Sequence record: OZ035810.1 | Direction: 5' to 3' (one strand) | DNA length: 64,000 bases | Origin: Gamaleyavirus AN24P2 | In this document: positions 21,578 through 32,392 of the stretch, piece by piece | How the letters are laid out: the number at the start of each line of letters is the position of its first letter | How positions within the stretch are numbered: the first letter of the stretch is position 1 | The notes under the pieces: model-generated | Seen by the model: only the letters and a program-made list of their open reading frames with translations | Told to the model about the DNA's origin: nothing | Databases searched by the model: none | Position numbers and translations under genes: made by a program

Positions 21578-21640
21578 TACACTGGCTTACTGTAGAGTAA
21601 GCTTCTTATATACGATATAAGTTTGAACAGGAAACATGCT

Positions 21641-24600
21641 ATGTCAACATTTGACCGTCTGGCAGGTTTCGCAGACAGCATCACTAATGCTAAGCAAGTC
21701 GATGTCTCTACTGCTACCTCTCAGAAGCAAGCTGCACAAGGGCAAAGCCCTTTCCAATTAACCCCAGAGAATGCTTACAATCTCCAAACTGGACGAGTAG
21801 GTAATTTAGGAATCGGTGCGTTCGAACCAGGTTCCCTCCAAGCTGATTTCACTCAGGCTTCCCCATTAGAAATTCTTAATAAATATGGTAATGAGCAAGG
21901 TCTACAGATTCTTAATAGCCGAGCTAATGCTGCTGATGCTGTACGTCAGGACTTATCTAAACAACGTACTAACGCAGAAGCATTTGGTGATACTCTTTCT
22001 GGTGTTGGTCTTGGTGTTGCTAATACCCTGGGGGGCATTGCTGCTCTTGGCACAGGTTTGGTCAATGATAATGCCGGGGCATCCATTGCTTCCGGGATGG
22101 ATTGGTTGAATGAAGGTGTGCACAATCTCCAGTCTGATGCACTGAATGTTACCCGTAAGGTTGTTCAGAATCAGAACCAGATTTCTGCTCAAAAGAACCA
22201 GAAACTTTACGAACAAGACATCAAAAATGGGGAGAGCAGCTTGGTTGCCTCCCTGTCTCGCATTGGTCGTGATGCTTTTGATTCTGTTGCTAATACACTT
22301 GATAACGGTATGGCTGCTACTGATGGGCTAAGTGAAGGTGTTGGTTCCCTCTTTACTGGTGGTCCACTTATCCGTGGTGTATCTGCACTCGGCAAAGTAA
22401 TGGTAGGTGGTGATAAAGCCGTTAAGGGTATTACCTTAGCTGCTGAGTTAGGTTCTCGTCCTGCACAGGTTGCATTGTCTGCTGGTCGTGTTGCTGCACC
22501 TGCTATTGCAATTGGTGGTATGGAAGCTGGTGGTGCATACCAACAGACTGCTTCTGAAATCATGAAGATGTCACATCAAGAATTAGCAAGTAAGTCTCCT
22601 GTTTATCAACAACATATTGCTGATGGTTTATCTCCTGATGAAGCTCGTCGTCAGACTGCATCTGAAACAGGTATCATTGCTGCTGGCTTAACTGCTCCGG
22701 TTGCTGCTGCTACTGGTCCACTGGTATCTAAATTTGAACTTAATCCACTTAAGGTAGGTTCACTGGTTGGTGCTGGTTCTAACATGCTGCGTGAAACTGT
22801 AGAAGAAGGTATCCAGTCTGGTACTAGTCAGTTTGCACAGAACAAAGCAATTCAAGGTAATGTAGATGCTAAACGTGACTTGCTTAAAGGTGTTGGTGAA
22901 CAAGCAGGTCTTGGTGCACTTTACGGCTTCGGTAGTGCTGGGGTTGCTCAAGCTCCAGGTGCAACTGTTAAAGCTGTTGGTGCTACTGCTGGTCCAGCCC
23001 TTCGTACTACTTTAGCCGGTGCTTCCCTGGTTGGTAGTGCACTAGCAAAAGCTGCATCTCCTCTTACTAACATCCTGGTTCAACGTGGTGAAGAAGTTGC
23101 TAAACGAAATGAACAAGCATCCCCTGTAGCTGATGCTACGGTTAATGCTGCTGCACAGGAAGCTGCTGCTCAGGCAGAACAAGCACAAGCAACTGTACAG
23201 GAAGCAGTAGATGCAATGGATATTTCTCCGGAAGAGAAAGCTGCTGCTACCCAGTATGCTGCTGACTTAACTCAGGCAATGAAGTTTGACCCGGTAGAAT
23301 TGGAACAAACTAACCCAGCAATCCGTGAAGCTGTTTCTGGTTCCACTAACCGTGTTGAAGCTATTCAGAAGATGGCTGACCTGGTTAATACTGCTGAGGA
23401 TCCTAACGTTCAAATGGAAGCTGCAATCCAGATGTATGACAATATCATGTCTATGGATAGCTTCATTAACCGTGACCCGGGTGCTCTGGCTAATCTGGAA
23501 CAAGGTTCTCCTGCTGCTGCGATTGTAGACCAGTTCTCCGGTCTGATGGCTAACGTACAGAATACTCCGAAGGTACTCCGTGCATTTCGTGCCATCCATT
23601 CCATGATTCAGGAACAGGCTGAAGCGGGTAAATTGAAAGCTACTGAAGAAGCTAACCAAGCTCAGGCAAACAACATTGCTATGGCTGCTGATGTGTCTCC
23701 AGAAGTTCTGGATGTAGAATCAGTGAACATGGTTCTGAAGCACGCAAGTGAAGGTAAGATTACATTAGGGAATCGTCAGCGTGCTGCCCTGCAATCTGCT
23801 GCTGCTCTATTGCAAGGAGCACGAGAATTTGACGCTAAAGCAGAAGAACTGGGCTTACGTCCTCAAGACATTGTTAGTAAACAAATTAAAACCGACGAAT
23901 CTCGTTCTAATGAAGGCCAGTACTCTGCGTTGCAACATGCTAAACGCATTCGTTCTGCGTACAACTCTGGTAACTTCGATTTGGCTTCCGCTTATCTCGA
24001 CGACTTTATGAAGTTCGCCCAGCACATGCAGAATAAGGTCGGAGCGTTGAATGAGCATTTGATTTCTGGGAATGCGGATAAGAATAAGTCTGTCCATTAT
24101 CAGGCTCTTACTCCCTCCCGTGAATGGGTACGTAGTCGTACTGGCCTCGGTGTCAATCCGTATGATACCAAGTCTGTTAAGTTTGCCCAGCAAGTAGGAC
24201 TGGAGGCCAAAACCGTAGCTGATATTGTTAATGCACTTGCTACGGCTTACCCGGAGCTTAATGTTTCTCATGTTAAAGTTACTCCATTAGATTCACGTCT
24301 GGACAAGCCTGCTGCCCAGGTGGTTAAAGAGTTCCGTCAGGGCAATCTTGATGCTGCTCAATCCCAACAGACCAATGAACCAGTGAATCAGGTTGATGAA
24401 ACTCCTGTTACAAAACAGGAACCAGTTACCCCTACTGTACAGACTAAACCCTCTGTTAGTGAAGCTGTTAAAACAGAACCTACTATTAAAGAGTCTAAAC
24501 CACAGTCTGTAAAAGAACCTGAGAACCAGTCCGAAAAGCAGGATGCTGCCATCACTAATGAGGATACCACTCAGGAAGTAGCTGAAACTAAAACGGAAAT

Positions 24601-27600
24601 GGAAGCAGTGTTCCCTGTCTATAACAATGACAAGACACCGAGCCAGTTCCTTAAAGCATTTGCTCTGCCGGAAGAACCTAAGACTCGTACCATTGGTTCT
24701 GAATCTCCTTTGACTGATGTTAAGCAAGCACTGTCTTCTGCTGCTCGCTTTGAAGCATTCACACAAAAAGAAAATAACGCTCTCACAAGTGATGTGATGA
24801 AACGTTATCAGGACTTACTGGGCTTTGGTGAAACTCTGAAGACTACTCTTTCTGACCGTCTGGCTAAGTTCCTTGCTAACAAAAATGTTGGTAAACGTTT
24901 TGCAGAAGGTACTGAAGCTAACCGTTGGGTAGGTGGTAAACTGCTGAATATCGTTGAACAAGACGGTGACACCTTTAAGTTCAATGACCAGTTGTTAGAG
25001 ACTGCTGTACTTGCTGGTCTGCAATGGCGACTAACTGCTACACAGAATGCTGCTGTTAAAGACATGAAAGACATAGCTGCTATTACTGGTGTAGAAGCAT
25101 CCCTGTTACCTGAAGGTATTCTGGCTGAATTTGAGAATGCTCAGACTCTGGTTGAAGCTACTAGCTCACTGGCTCAAAAGATTGAATCCTACTGGGGTTT
25201 GAATCGTAATCCTAATGCACCACTGGGCTATACCAAGGGTATCCCAATGGCAATGGCTACAGAGATTCTGTCTTCCCTTATTGAGATGGGTGAAGTTAAA
25301 GAGTCTATGCTGGATGTGTCTGAAATTGACCCAGCCTCCGATAAGACTGTAGGTCTGTACACCATTGAGAAGCTGGATGATAACGATGCCATTAACAATT
25401 TCCCTACTGCTATTGAGGAAGCTGTCCTCGTAGAACCAGAAGAGAAAATGTACTTTGGTGATGATATTCCTTCCGTGGCTCAAACTCAGTTACGTAATCC
25501 GGCTGTTAAGAATACCCCTGAACAGAAAGCTGCTCTTAAAGCAGAACAGGCTACTGAGTTCCGTGTACACATGCCTATGGTTAACTTCTATGAAGCATTA
25601 GGTCGTGACAACATTCTGGAACTGATGGGTGCTGGTACGCTTAATCCTGAACTACTGAACGTAAACACTGCTAAATCACTGGAAGGTAAGAACCTGTCAG
25701 TGTCTATGGCATATGATTCCTTGTTTGGGGTAATCAATCAGGTTCAGGAACAGGAGAATGGACTGGATACTCCTATTCACTATGGTTATAACATGACCCG
25801 TGTAGGTCGTATGCAGATGCTTGGTAAGAATAACCCACAATCCAGTAAGCTGGTGCGTGAAGCAATTCTGCCAACCTTCTCTACTATTGACTTGAGTAAT
25901 GAAAACAGCCAAACGTTCTCAGACTTCCAGTTAGGTCTGGCTCAGGCATTAGGCATCAAGGTACATAACATGTCCCGTGAAGCTATGTCTGAAAAGCTGA
26001 CTAAAGCTCTGGAAGGTAACCTGAAACCTGCTGTTGATATGATGGTTGAGTTTGATAAGTCTGGTCACTTACCAGTTGATGCAGTGGATATTCTGAAGAC
26101 GTCTCTTGGTGGCGATAAATCCTTCGTAGCTCTTATGGCTCTTATGGAATATGCCCGTTACCTGAACAGTGATGACCGTGCCAACTTTAATACCCCACTG
26201 TACGTTGAAGCCGATGGTGTAACTAACGGACCAATCAACGCAATGGTATTAATGACGGGTGGTAAGTTCACTTCAGACTGGGTTAAGAATACTGCTAAAG
26301 GTGGTCTGTTCTTTGGTAAAGCTGGTAAGACTATGAATGAACACCGTTCACAGGATGACAGTGTTGACTTGTATGAAGCATCTACCAACAGTCTGCAACA
26401 AGCTCTGAATGAGTTACGTACTACTTACCGTAACAACGTTCCGGTTATGAACCAGATGAATCATCTCCAAAAGTTAATGGACCTGTTCATTAAAGACTTT
26501 AACCTGAACGAAGACGGTACTCTGGACCTGAAGCGTGGTATCGCTAAAAACCCACTGACTATTACCATCTATGGTTCCGGTGCTCGTGGTATTGCAGGCA
26601 AGATGGTTAGTGCAATTACTGATACCATCTATGAACGCTTCAGTGACGTTCTGCAAGCTCGCGCTGCTGACCCTAGCATTTCCCCAGCTATGGCAATGTT
26701 TGGTAAAGAGGCTGCGTCTGAGACTGATGCTCAGGCTATGCTGGATACTTTCCTTACATCTATGGAAGCACTGACTGGTAATGTTCCAGTTATGCGTAAA
26801 GGTGAGCTGTCTATTCAACAAGTAGAAGGTGCTCTGACTGGTAAGTTAGACCCCCAGAAGTTTACTGTATCTGGTAATGCTCTGAAGAACCTGCAAGAGA
26901 ACATGCTTCACTTGTTCGTTGAACCAATGCGTACTGGTATTCGAAATACTGTTGGTGAAGGTCTAATGCACTCTACTGAGAACTTGCAGAAGGCTACCCA
27001 GATTCAGTCTCTGGTATTGCAAGACATGTTCCAGCAAGCAGTACAGACTAAGCTGGCAGAAAAAGAAAAAGACCCAACATGGAAGAAGGGTGATTTCTTA
27101 ACTCAGAAAGAACTGAACGAAATCCAGGAATCATTGTCTCCACTGGCTCCAATGATTGAGACTGGTTCGCAGACTTTCTACATTGCTGGTAGTGAGAATA
27201 CTGACGTTGCTAACCAAGTACTGGCTACCAACTTAGATGACCGTATGCGTGTGCCAATGAGCATCTATGCTCCTTCACAGGCAGGTGTTGCAGGTATTCC
27301 ATTTATGACCATTGGTACTGGCGATGGCATGATGATGCAGACCCTTTCTACTATGAAAGGTGCTCCGAAGAATACCCTGAAAATCTTTGATGGTATGAAC
27401 ATTGGTATCAATGACATCACTGATGCAAGTCGTAAAGCTAACGAGGCTGTATATACTTCCTGGCAGGGGAATCCTATCAAGAATGTTTATGACTCCTTTG
27501 CTAAGTTCATGAAGAACGTAGACTTCAGCAAACTGTCCGATGAAACTAAACAGGCTATCGCTAAGTCTGCTTTGGAATATGACCAGCGTGAGGGTGCTAC

Positions 27601-30600
27601 TGATGCCTTATTACGTGCAGGTGCTGAACAGATTGAGCGTAACTTGCGTAACATTGCTCTTGGTGTAGATATTCGCCATAAAGTAATGAACCAGGTACAG
27701 ACTACTGTTGACCAGATGGCTGCTGTAGGTGCTCCTTATGTGAACAACGGTAAAATCTCTCTGGAAGGTCTGACTGTAGACCAGCAAGTAGCTAAGCTGA
27801 ACGAATTGTTTGATGCTGAATTAAACAAACGTCGTGATGCAGTACGTGCTGCTAAAGCAGAACCAGTGAAAGAAGTACCAGCAATTGAGCAGGTTGGTCG
27901 TGTACTGAAGTCTGGTGTACGTCTGCTGTCTAATACTGCTATCTCTAAGCTGGCTAAAGAGATGTCTCAGGAACAACAAGCAGTACTGAAAGAAGTACAG
28001 AAATCCCCTGCTGCTAAAGACTACAAGGTTGTCTATGGTACACCTGCCCAACTGGATGCTTACGCTATTGAGAAGAACATTACTCGCCCAGCACCGGAAG
28101 ATATTGAAGCTGCTGAAGCAGGTAATGCATACGGCTGGACTAACTTCGAAGATAAGACCATTTATCTAGTTACCCCTTCCTTAGAAACTCTGGTTCATGA
28201 ATTGGTACATGCTTCTACTTTTGAATCTGTACTGACTCACTATGAAGGTACTCCTAATGAAGCAGTTCAGAACATTGAAGACCTGATGAACCAGTTCCGT
28301 GCTCTGGATGTTAAGGATGAATCTCCGGCAGTACGTGAAGCGTATGCTGATGCACTTAATACCATTAATGGTCACTTGTCCAATGGATTCATTGAGCCAT
28401 CAATGGCTAAAGCTGCTGCACTTAACGAGTACATGGCTTGGGGCTTAACCAACCGTGAACTGATTAGTAAGCAGAAGAAAACCACTGCACTTAAGACTAT
28501 GGTTCAGGCTGTGTATGAAGCAATCAAGCGTCTGGTATTTGGGCGTAAGAAAGCACCAGCTAATGCAGATGATATGTTCTCCGGCTTACTGTTTAACTCT
28601 GCTGTAGTAATGCGAGGACAAGCTCCTACTGCTGCTGTAGCTAAAGATACTACCCTGTTCCATAACAAAGCATACGGTGATAATACTCGTCTGGAAGAAT
28701 TAGGAAAAACCTTCGATAAGTTAATTACTGACTACATTGGTTCAGAACCAGTACAACAAGTAATTCGTAAAGGTAAGTTCTCTGATGCAGTAGTGAATGC
28801 AACTAAAGTAACCCGTGATGTTCAGGCTCATGGCTTCGCTATGAATATGCAGGAACAGCGTCTCTTTACTAACATTGTTGCTGCTCTGGCTACTGAGGCT
28901 GCTATTAACCCTGCTGCTTTGGCTCGTGCACAGGAATACTACACGCATGTTACTAAGAACCTGACTGTTGAAGCATTTATGGCTGACCCAGATAGTACTA
29001 ACCCTGCTGACCGTTATTACGCTCAACAGAAGTTCGATACCATCATGGGTGCTAACAATATTGAGTTTGATGCACAGGGACGTTCTTCCTTACTGCCTAC
29101 CTTTGTTGGGCTGGCAATGGTAAGTGAAGAAGTACGTAAGGTACTGGCTGATATTCCTGTTATGAAAGCAGATAAGCAATCCGGTAATACAGTTGATGCA
29201 ATGCTGACTAACATTGGTACTGCTGCAATGGCTAGTCTGAATGCTCGTGTAGCAGGTGATACCAAAGCTACTAATGTACAGGAAGGTATGGATGCACTGG
29301 CTCAAACAATCATGCAGACTAGCCTTAATGCACAGTCCTTTTATGATTCTGTTGCTACTCCTAGTGGTAATGCTATTGACCGTGCTAACCAGTATCTGGT
29401 GGACTCTATTGATGTATTGTCTACCCGTGCTTTAGAAGGTGCTCGTGAAGTTGCAGCTAATACCAAGAACCCGTTGGTTAAAGGTGCTGCTCATGCTGCA
29501 CAACTGATTGCTGCTATTGCTACAGAGAAGAATGGTGAAATCGTAGCCGAAGGAGTTATGGCTGCAATGAACCAGGGTAAGGTATGGCAACCTTTCCATG
29601 ACCTGGTTAATGACTTAACTGGTCGTACTAAGAGCAATGCTTCTGTGTATGATTTGATTAAGGCAGTTCGTGCACAGGTACAGGCTGACCGTCAACAATT
29701 CCGTGAACATTTGCCTACTACTATCGCATCTAAGTTCAGCCGTAAGCTGACTAATGATGAGTGGAAAGCAATGCACACTGGCATGGGTAAAACTGACTTG
29801 GCTGTCCTGCGTGACACTATGTCTTTGGCTGAAATCCGTGATTTGCTGTCGGACCAAAAGATTGTTGACCGTGAAGTGAATAAGCTGGAAGCAGATTTGC
29901 AGAAGCAAGCTGGACGTAACTGGCCTCTGATTAGTCGTAAATCTAAGCAACTGGCTCAGTTTATGATTAATGGTACAGTTGGTAATAACTTGCTGCGTAA
30001 TGCTACTGCAATTTCTCGTTTACTGGGTGAACGTAAGACTACTAGTTCTATTGTAGATGTAGCTAAACTGGATAAACTGATTACCCTGTATGCACTGGAA
30101 GCAATGAGTAATACTGACCGTGAGATGCTATCTTCACTGGCTCAAACAGAAGTTGATGGGATTGATTTTGCTACTTCTTACCTGGTTGGTCAGCGTAAAG
30201 ATGAAATGGCTAAAGCTAAGTCTGACATGCGTGCAACCCTGAACCAGTACAAAGGTTACATTCCTGGTGAGACTAAACAAGGTGTTAACCTGATTGTTGC
30301 TGAAGACAGTCAATTTGCTGATTTGATTGAGAAGTCCTATGTGCGACTGGGTACTTATCAGGGTAGCTCTGCTAATCGTGGTCCAGCACGTAGTTACTAC
30401 TTTGCACCAGTACAGGCACAGGCTCCATTCTCACAGGGTATCTTACAGAACGTTCGTAATACTGCTGGTGGTGTAGACCTTGGTACAGGCTTTACGATGG
30501 GTACAATGGTAGCTGGTCGTATCACTGACAAGCCTTCCGTAGACCGTATCACTAAAGCACTGGCTCGTGGTGAACGTGGTAATGAACCACTGCTGCCTGT

Positions 30601-31999
30601 GTATGATGACAAAGGTAATGTAGTTGCCTATGAGCAATCTATTGACCCTAACATGCTGAAGCACATTGAGGGTGAGAACCATCTTGCTCGTGCAATTGGT
30701 GTATGGCGTGGTCGTCAGGTAGAGGAAGCTAAGGCCCAGCGTTTCAACGATATGCTGATTGAAAATCTGCATAGCATGTACGAGAACGACATTAAAATGT
30801 CTGCCTCTAATAAGTCCCAGTATGTGAACCTTCTTGGTTCTAAACTGGACCCAGTAACTGCTGATGCTCTTAAACTGATGAACACTGAAACACGTCAGAA
30901 AGCAGAAAGCCTGTTTGGACCCGGTGAACTGTGGGTTCGTCGTGATATGCTGAATGATGCACTAGGCTATCGTGCAGCTTCTGTAGGTGATGCCTGGTCT
31001 GGCAATTCTCGTTGGTCCCCAGAAACACTGGATACCTTCAAGAAAGCTATGTTAGGTGTATTTGGCAACCGTGCTTACAAGTACGTAATGGGTGGTGAGA
31101 ACCTGGTTCAGAACTTAGTTAAAGAAGCTAAGACTCTGATTGTAGTTAAGTCAGTAGTTGTACCTGCTGTTAACTTCTTAGCTAACCTTTACCAGATGGT
31201 TGGTCGTGGTGTACCTGTTAAGAACATTGCTAAGAGCATTCCACAGAAGACTGCTGAGATTAACCAGTACCTGAAATCTCGTCTGCGTCAGGTAGATGCA
31301 GAAGCAGAATTACGAGCAGCTACTAATCCGAACCAGATTCGTAAACTTAAAGCTGAGATTCAGTCCATTACTGATAGTCATAAGCGTATGAGTATCTGGC
31401 CTCTATTAGAAGCTGGGGAGTTCTCTTCAATTGCAGATGCTGGTATTGGACGTGATGATATCCTGATTACTGAGGGTAAACTCCATGAATACATGGATAA
31501 GCTGGCTGATAAGTTACCTAAGTCAGTACGTACTGCTGGTCGTTATGCACTTATCACTAAGGATACTGCTTTGTTCCAGGGTATCCAGAAAACGGTTGAG
31601 TACTCTGACTTTATCGCTAAAGCAATCATCTATGATGACTTAACTCAGCGTAAAGGTAAGACACGTGAAGAAGCACTTGGACGTGTAACTGAAGAGTTCA
31701 TTAACTATGACCGTCTGCCGGGACGTTTCCGTGGCTATATGGAAAGTGTTGGTCTTATGTGGTTCTACAACTTTAAGATTCGTTCTGCAAAAGTTGCAGT
31801 GTCCATGATTCGTAATAACCCGGTCCATGCAGCAATGGCGATGTTGGCTCCAACTCCTACCATGTTTGGTAACGTTGGCTTACCTATTCAGGACAACATC
31901 TTTAGCATTGCTGCTAAGGATAGTCTGGATTACTCTTGGGGCTTTGGACAAGGGCTTCGTGCTCACAACCTGAACCCTTGGATGAACCTGGTAAACTAA
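21641..31999 (+). CDS. virion-encapsidated RNA polymerase (vRNAP, N4 gp50-like)
   Basis: Single uninterrupted ORF of about 3,452 aa from the ATG at 21641 (ORF-track start 21623 is TTG); size and position match N4 vRNAP; AGGAAA RBS. Confidence 0.8.
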   Translation: MSTFDRLAGFADSITNAKQVDVSTATSQKQAAQGQSPFQLTPENAYNLQTGRVGNLGIGAFEPGSLQADFTQASPLEILNKYGNEQGLQILNSRANAADAVRQDLSKQRTNAEAFGDTLSGVGLGVANTLGGIAALGTGLVNDNAGASIASGMDWLNEGVHNLQSDALNVTRKVVQNQNQISAQKNQKLYEQDIKNGESSLVASLSRIGRDAFDSVANTLDNGMAATDGLSEGVGSLFTGGPLIRGVSALGKVMVGGDKAVKGITLAAELGSRPAQVALSAGRVAAPAIAIGGMEAGGAYQQTASEIMKMSHQELASKSPVYQQHIADGLSPDEARRQTASETGIIAAGLTAPVAAATGPLVSKFELNPLKVGSLVGAGSNMLRETVEEGIQSGTSQFAQNKAIQGNVDAKRDLLKGVGEQAGLGALYGFGSAGVAQAPGATVKAVGATAGPALRTTLAGASLVGSALAKAASPLTNILVQRGEEVAKRNEQASPVADATVNAAAQEAAAQAEQAQATVQEAVDAMDISPEEKAAATQYAADLTQAMKFDPVELEQTNPAIREAVSGSTNRVEAIQKMADLVNTAEDPNVQMEAAIQMYDNIMSMDSFINRDPGALANLEQGSPAAAIVDQFSGLMANVQNTPKVLRAFRAIHSMIQEQAEAGKLKATEEANQAQANNIAMAADVSPEVLDVESVNMVLKHASEGKITLGNRQRAALQSAAALLQGAREFDAKAEELGLRPQDIVSKQIKTDESRSNEGQYSALQHAKRIRSAYNSGNFDLASAYLDDFMKFAQHMQNKVGALNEHLISGNADKNKSVHYQALTPSREWVRSRTGLGVNPYDTKSVKFAQQVGLEAKTVADIVNALATAYPELNVSHVKVTPLDSRLDKPAAQVVKEFRQGNLDAAQSQQTNEPVNQVDETPVTKQEPVTPTVQTKPSVSEAVKTEPTIKESKPQSVKEPENQSEKQDAAITNEDTTQEVAETKTEMEAVFPVYNNDKTPSQFLKAFALPEEPKTRTIGSESPLTDVKQALSSAARFEAFTQKENNALTSDVMKRYQDLLGFGETLKTTLSDRLAKFLANKNVGKRFAEGTEANRWVGGKLLNIVEQDGDTFKFNDQLLETAVLAGLQWRLTATQNAAVKDMKDIAAITGVEASLLPEGILAEFENAQTLVEATSSLAQKIESYWGLNRNPNAPLGYTKGIPMAMATEILSSLIEMGEVKESMLDVSEIDPASDKTVGLYTIEKLDDNDAINNFPTAIEEAVLVEPEEKMYFGDDIPSVAQTQLRNPAVKNTPEQKAALKAEQATEFRVHMPMVNFYEALGRDNILELMGAGTLNPELLNVNTAKSLEGKNLSVSMAYDSLFGVINQVQEQENGLDTPIHYGYNMTRVGRMQMLGKNNPQSSKLVREAILPTFSTIDLSNENSQTFSDFQLGLAQALGIKVHNMSREAMSEKLTKALEGNLKPAVDMMVEFDKSGHLPVDAVDILKTSLGGDKSFVALMALMEYARYLNSDDRANFNTPLYVEADGVTNGPINAMVLMTGGKFTSDWVKNTAKGGLFFGKAGKTMNEHRSQDDSVDLYEASTNSLQQALNELRTTYRNNVPVMNQMNHLQKLMDLFIKDFNLNEDGTLDLKRGIAKNPLTITIYGSGARGIAGKMVSAITDTIYERFSDVLQARAADPSISPAMAMFGKEAASETDAQAMLDTFLTSMEALTGNVPVMRKGELSIQQVEGALTGKLDPQKFTVSGNALKNLQENMLHLFVEPMRTGIRNTVGEGLMHSTENLQKATQIQSLVLQDMFQQAVQTKLAEKEKDPTWKKGDFLTQKELNEIQESLSPLAPMIETGSQTFYIAGSENTDVANQVLATNLDDRMRVPMSIYAPSQAGVAGIPFMTIGTGDGMMMQTLSTMKGAPKNTLKIFDGMNIGINDITDASRKANEAVYTSWQGNPIKNVYDSFAKFMKNVDFSKLSDETKQAIAKSALEYDQREGATDALLRAGAEQIERNLRNIALGVDIRHKVMNQVQTTVDQMAAVGAPYVNNGKISLEGLTVDQQVAKLNELFDAELNKRRDAVRAAKAEPVKEVPAIEQVGRVLKSGVRLLSNTAISKLAKEMSQEQQAVLKEVQKSPAAKDYKVVYGTPAQLDAYAIEKNITRPAPEDIEAAEAGNAYGWTNFEDKTIYLVTPSLETLVHELVHASTFESVLTHYEGTPNEAVQNIEDLMNQFRALDVKDESPAVREAYADALNTINGHLSNGFIEPSMAKAAALNEYMAWGLTNRELISKQKKTTALKTMVQAVYEAIKRLVFGRKKAPANADDMFSGLLFNSAVVMRGQAPTAAVAKDTTLFHNKAYGDNTRLEELGKTFDKLITDYIGSEPVQQVIRKGKFSDAVVNATKVTRDVQAHGFAMNMQEQRLFTNIVAALATEAAINPAALARAQEYYTHVTKNLTVEAFMADPDSTNPADRYYAQQKFDTIMGANNIEFDAQGRSSLLPTFVGLAMVSEEVRKVLADIPVMKADKQSGNTVDAMLTNIGTAAMASLNARVAGDTKATNVQEGMDALAQTIMQTSLNAQSFYDSVATPSGNAIDRANQYLVDSIDVLSTRALEGAREVAANTKNPLVKGAAHAAQLIAAIATEKNGEIVAEGVMAAMNQGKVWQPFHDLVNDLTGRTKSNASVYDLIKAVRAQVQADRQQFREHLPTTIASKFSRKLTNDEWKAMHTGMGKTDLAVLRDTMSLAEIRDLLSDQKIVDREVNKLEADLQKQAGRNWPLISRKSKQLAQFMINGTVGNNLLRNATAISRLLGERKTTSSIVDVAKLDKLITLYALEAMSNTDREMLSSLAQTEVDGIDFATSYLVGQRKDEMAKAKSDMRATLNQYKGYIPGETKQGVNLIVAEDSQFADLIEKSYVRLGTYQGSSANRGPARSYYFAPVQAQAPFSQGILQNVRNTAGGVDLGTGFTMGTMVAGRITDKPSVDRITKALARGERGNEPLLPVYDDKGNVVAYEQSIDPNMLKHIEGENHLARAIGVWRGRQVEEAKAQRFNDMLIENLHSMYENDIKMSASNKSQYVNLLGSKLDPVTADALKLMNTETRQKAESLFGPGELWVRRDMLNDALGYRAASVGDAWSGNSRWSPETLDTFKKAMLGVFGNRAYKYVMGGENLVQNLVKEAKTLIVVKSVVVPAVNFLANLYQMVGRGVPVKNIAKSIPQKTAEINQYLKSRLRQVDAEAELRAATNPNQIRKLKAEIQSITDSHKRMSIWPLLEAGEFSSIADAGIGRDDILITEGKLHEYMDKLADKLPKSVRTAGRYALITKDTALFQGIQKTVEYSDFIAKAIIYDDLTQRKGKTREEALGRVTEEFINYDRLPGRFRGYMESVGLMWFYNFKIRSAKVAVSMIRNNPVHAAMAMLAPTPTMFGNVGLPIQDNIFSIAAKDSLDYSWGFGQGLRAHNLNPWMNLVN

Positions 32000-32002
32000 A
32001 AT

Positions 32003-32035
32003 AAAAAAGCCCCTCTATGAGGGGCTTTGCTTTTA
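32003..32035. terminator. bidirectional terminator between convergent vRNAP and minus-strand genes
   Basis: AAAAAAGCCCCTC-TATGA-GGGGCTTTGCTTTT: hairpin with an A-run on one side and a T-run on the other. Confidence 0.6.
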
Positions 32036-32039
32036 GAAG

Positions 32040-32270
32040 TTAAGGTGTTTTCCACATTTTAGGCTTACGCCCTTCACTTAAAAATTTACCAGTCTCCTTA
32101 ATCTTTCGTAGTGTTTCTTCAGATGGGAACCACAGGAATGCGAAGTAAAGCTTCTTAGCTACGTAACGAGTTACTCCTAACTTCTCTGCGATTTCATCAA
32201 ATGAATATGTACGAACGGTATTGTTGAGAATGGCTTCACGAACAACAGAGGTAATAGATACTTGTGCCAT
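32040..32270 (-). CDS. small HTH DNA-binding protein
   Basis: 76 aa; ATG with AGGAAAA RBS; helix-turn-helix-like segment SFDEIAEKLGVTRYVAKKL. Confidence 0.4.
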   Translation of the reverse strand: MAQVSITSVVREAILNNTVRTYSFDEIAEKLGVTRYVAKKLYFAFLWFPSEETLRKIKETGKFLSEGRKPKMWKTP

Positions 32271-32290
32271 GCTATTTTCCTATAAATGAG

Positions 32291-32322
32291 AAAGCCCTCA
32301 CTAAGAGGGCTTGTTTTGTTTT
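32291..32322 (+). terminator. second plus-oriented terminator hairpin
   Basis: AGCCCTC-ACTAA-GAGGGCT stem-loop followed by TGTTTTGTTTT. Confidence 0.4.
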
Positions 32323-32392
32323 GGCTTCTAGAGCCTTACCACTTGTCGGGTAGTTTGATACCTTTCGGTAAAAACTACCTTATACCTATTTA

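Noticed and set aside
21586-21621. Hairpins upstream of vRNAP as N4-type vRNAP early promoters
   Set aside because: They sit upstream of a late gene far from the early region and the 3-nt loop has a central C on the coding strand; kept only as an unexplained regulatory hairpin.
21885-31828. Dozens of 60-160 aa ORFs on both strands inside the vRNAP gene
   Set aside because: All lie within or antisense to the single 10.4-kb vRNAP reading frame and lack independent start signals; treated as frame artefacts of a long gene.
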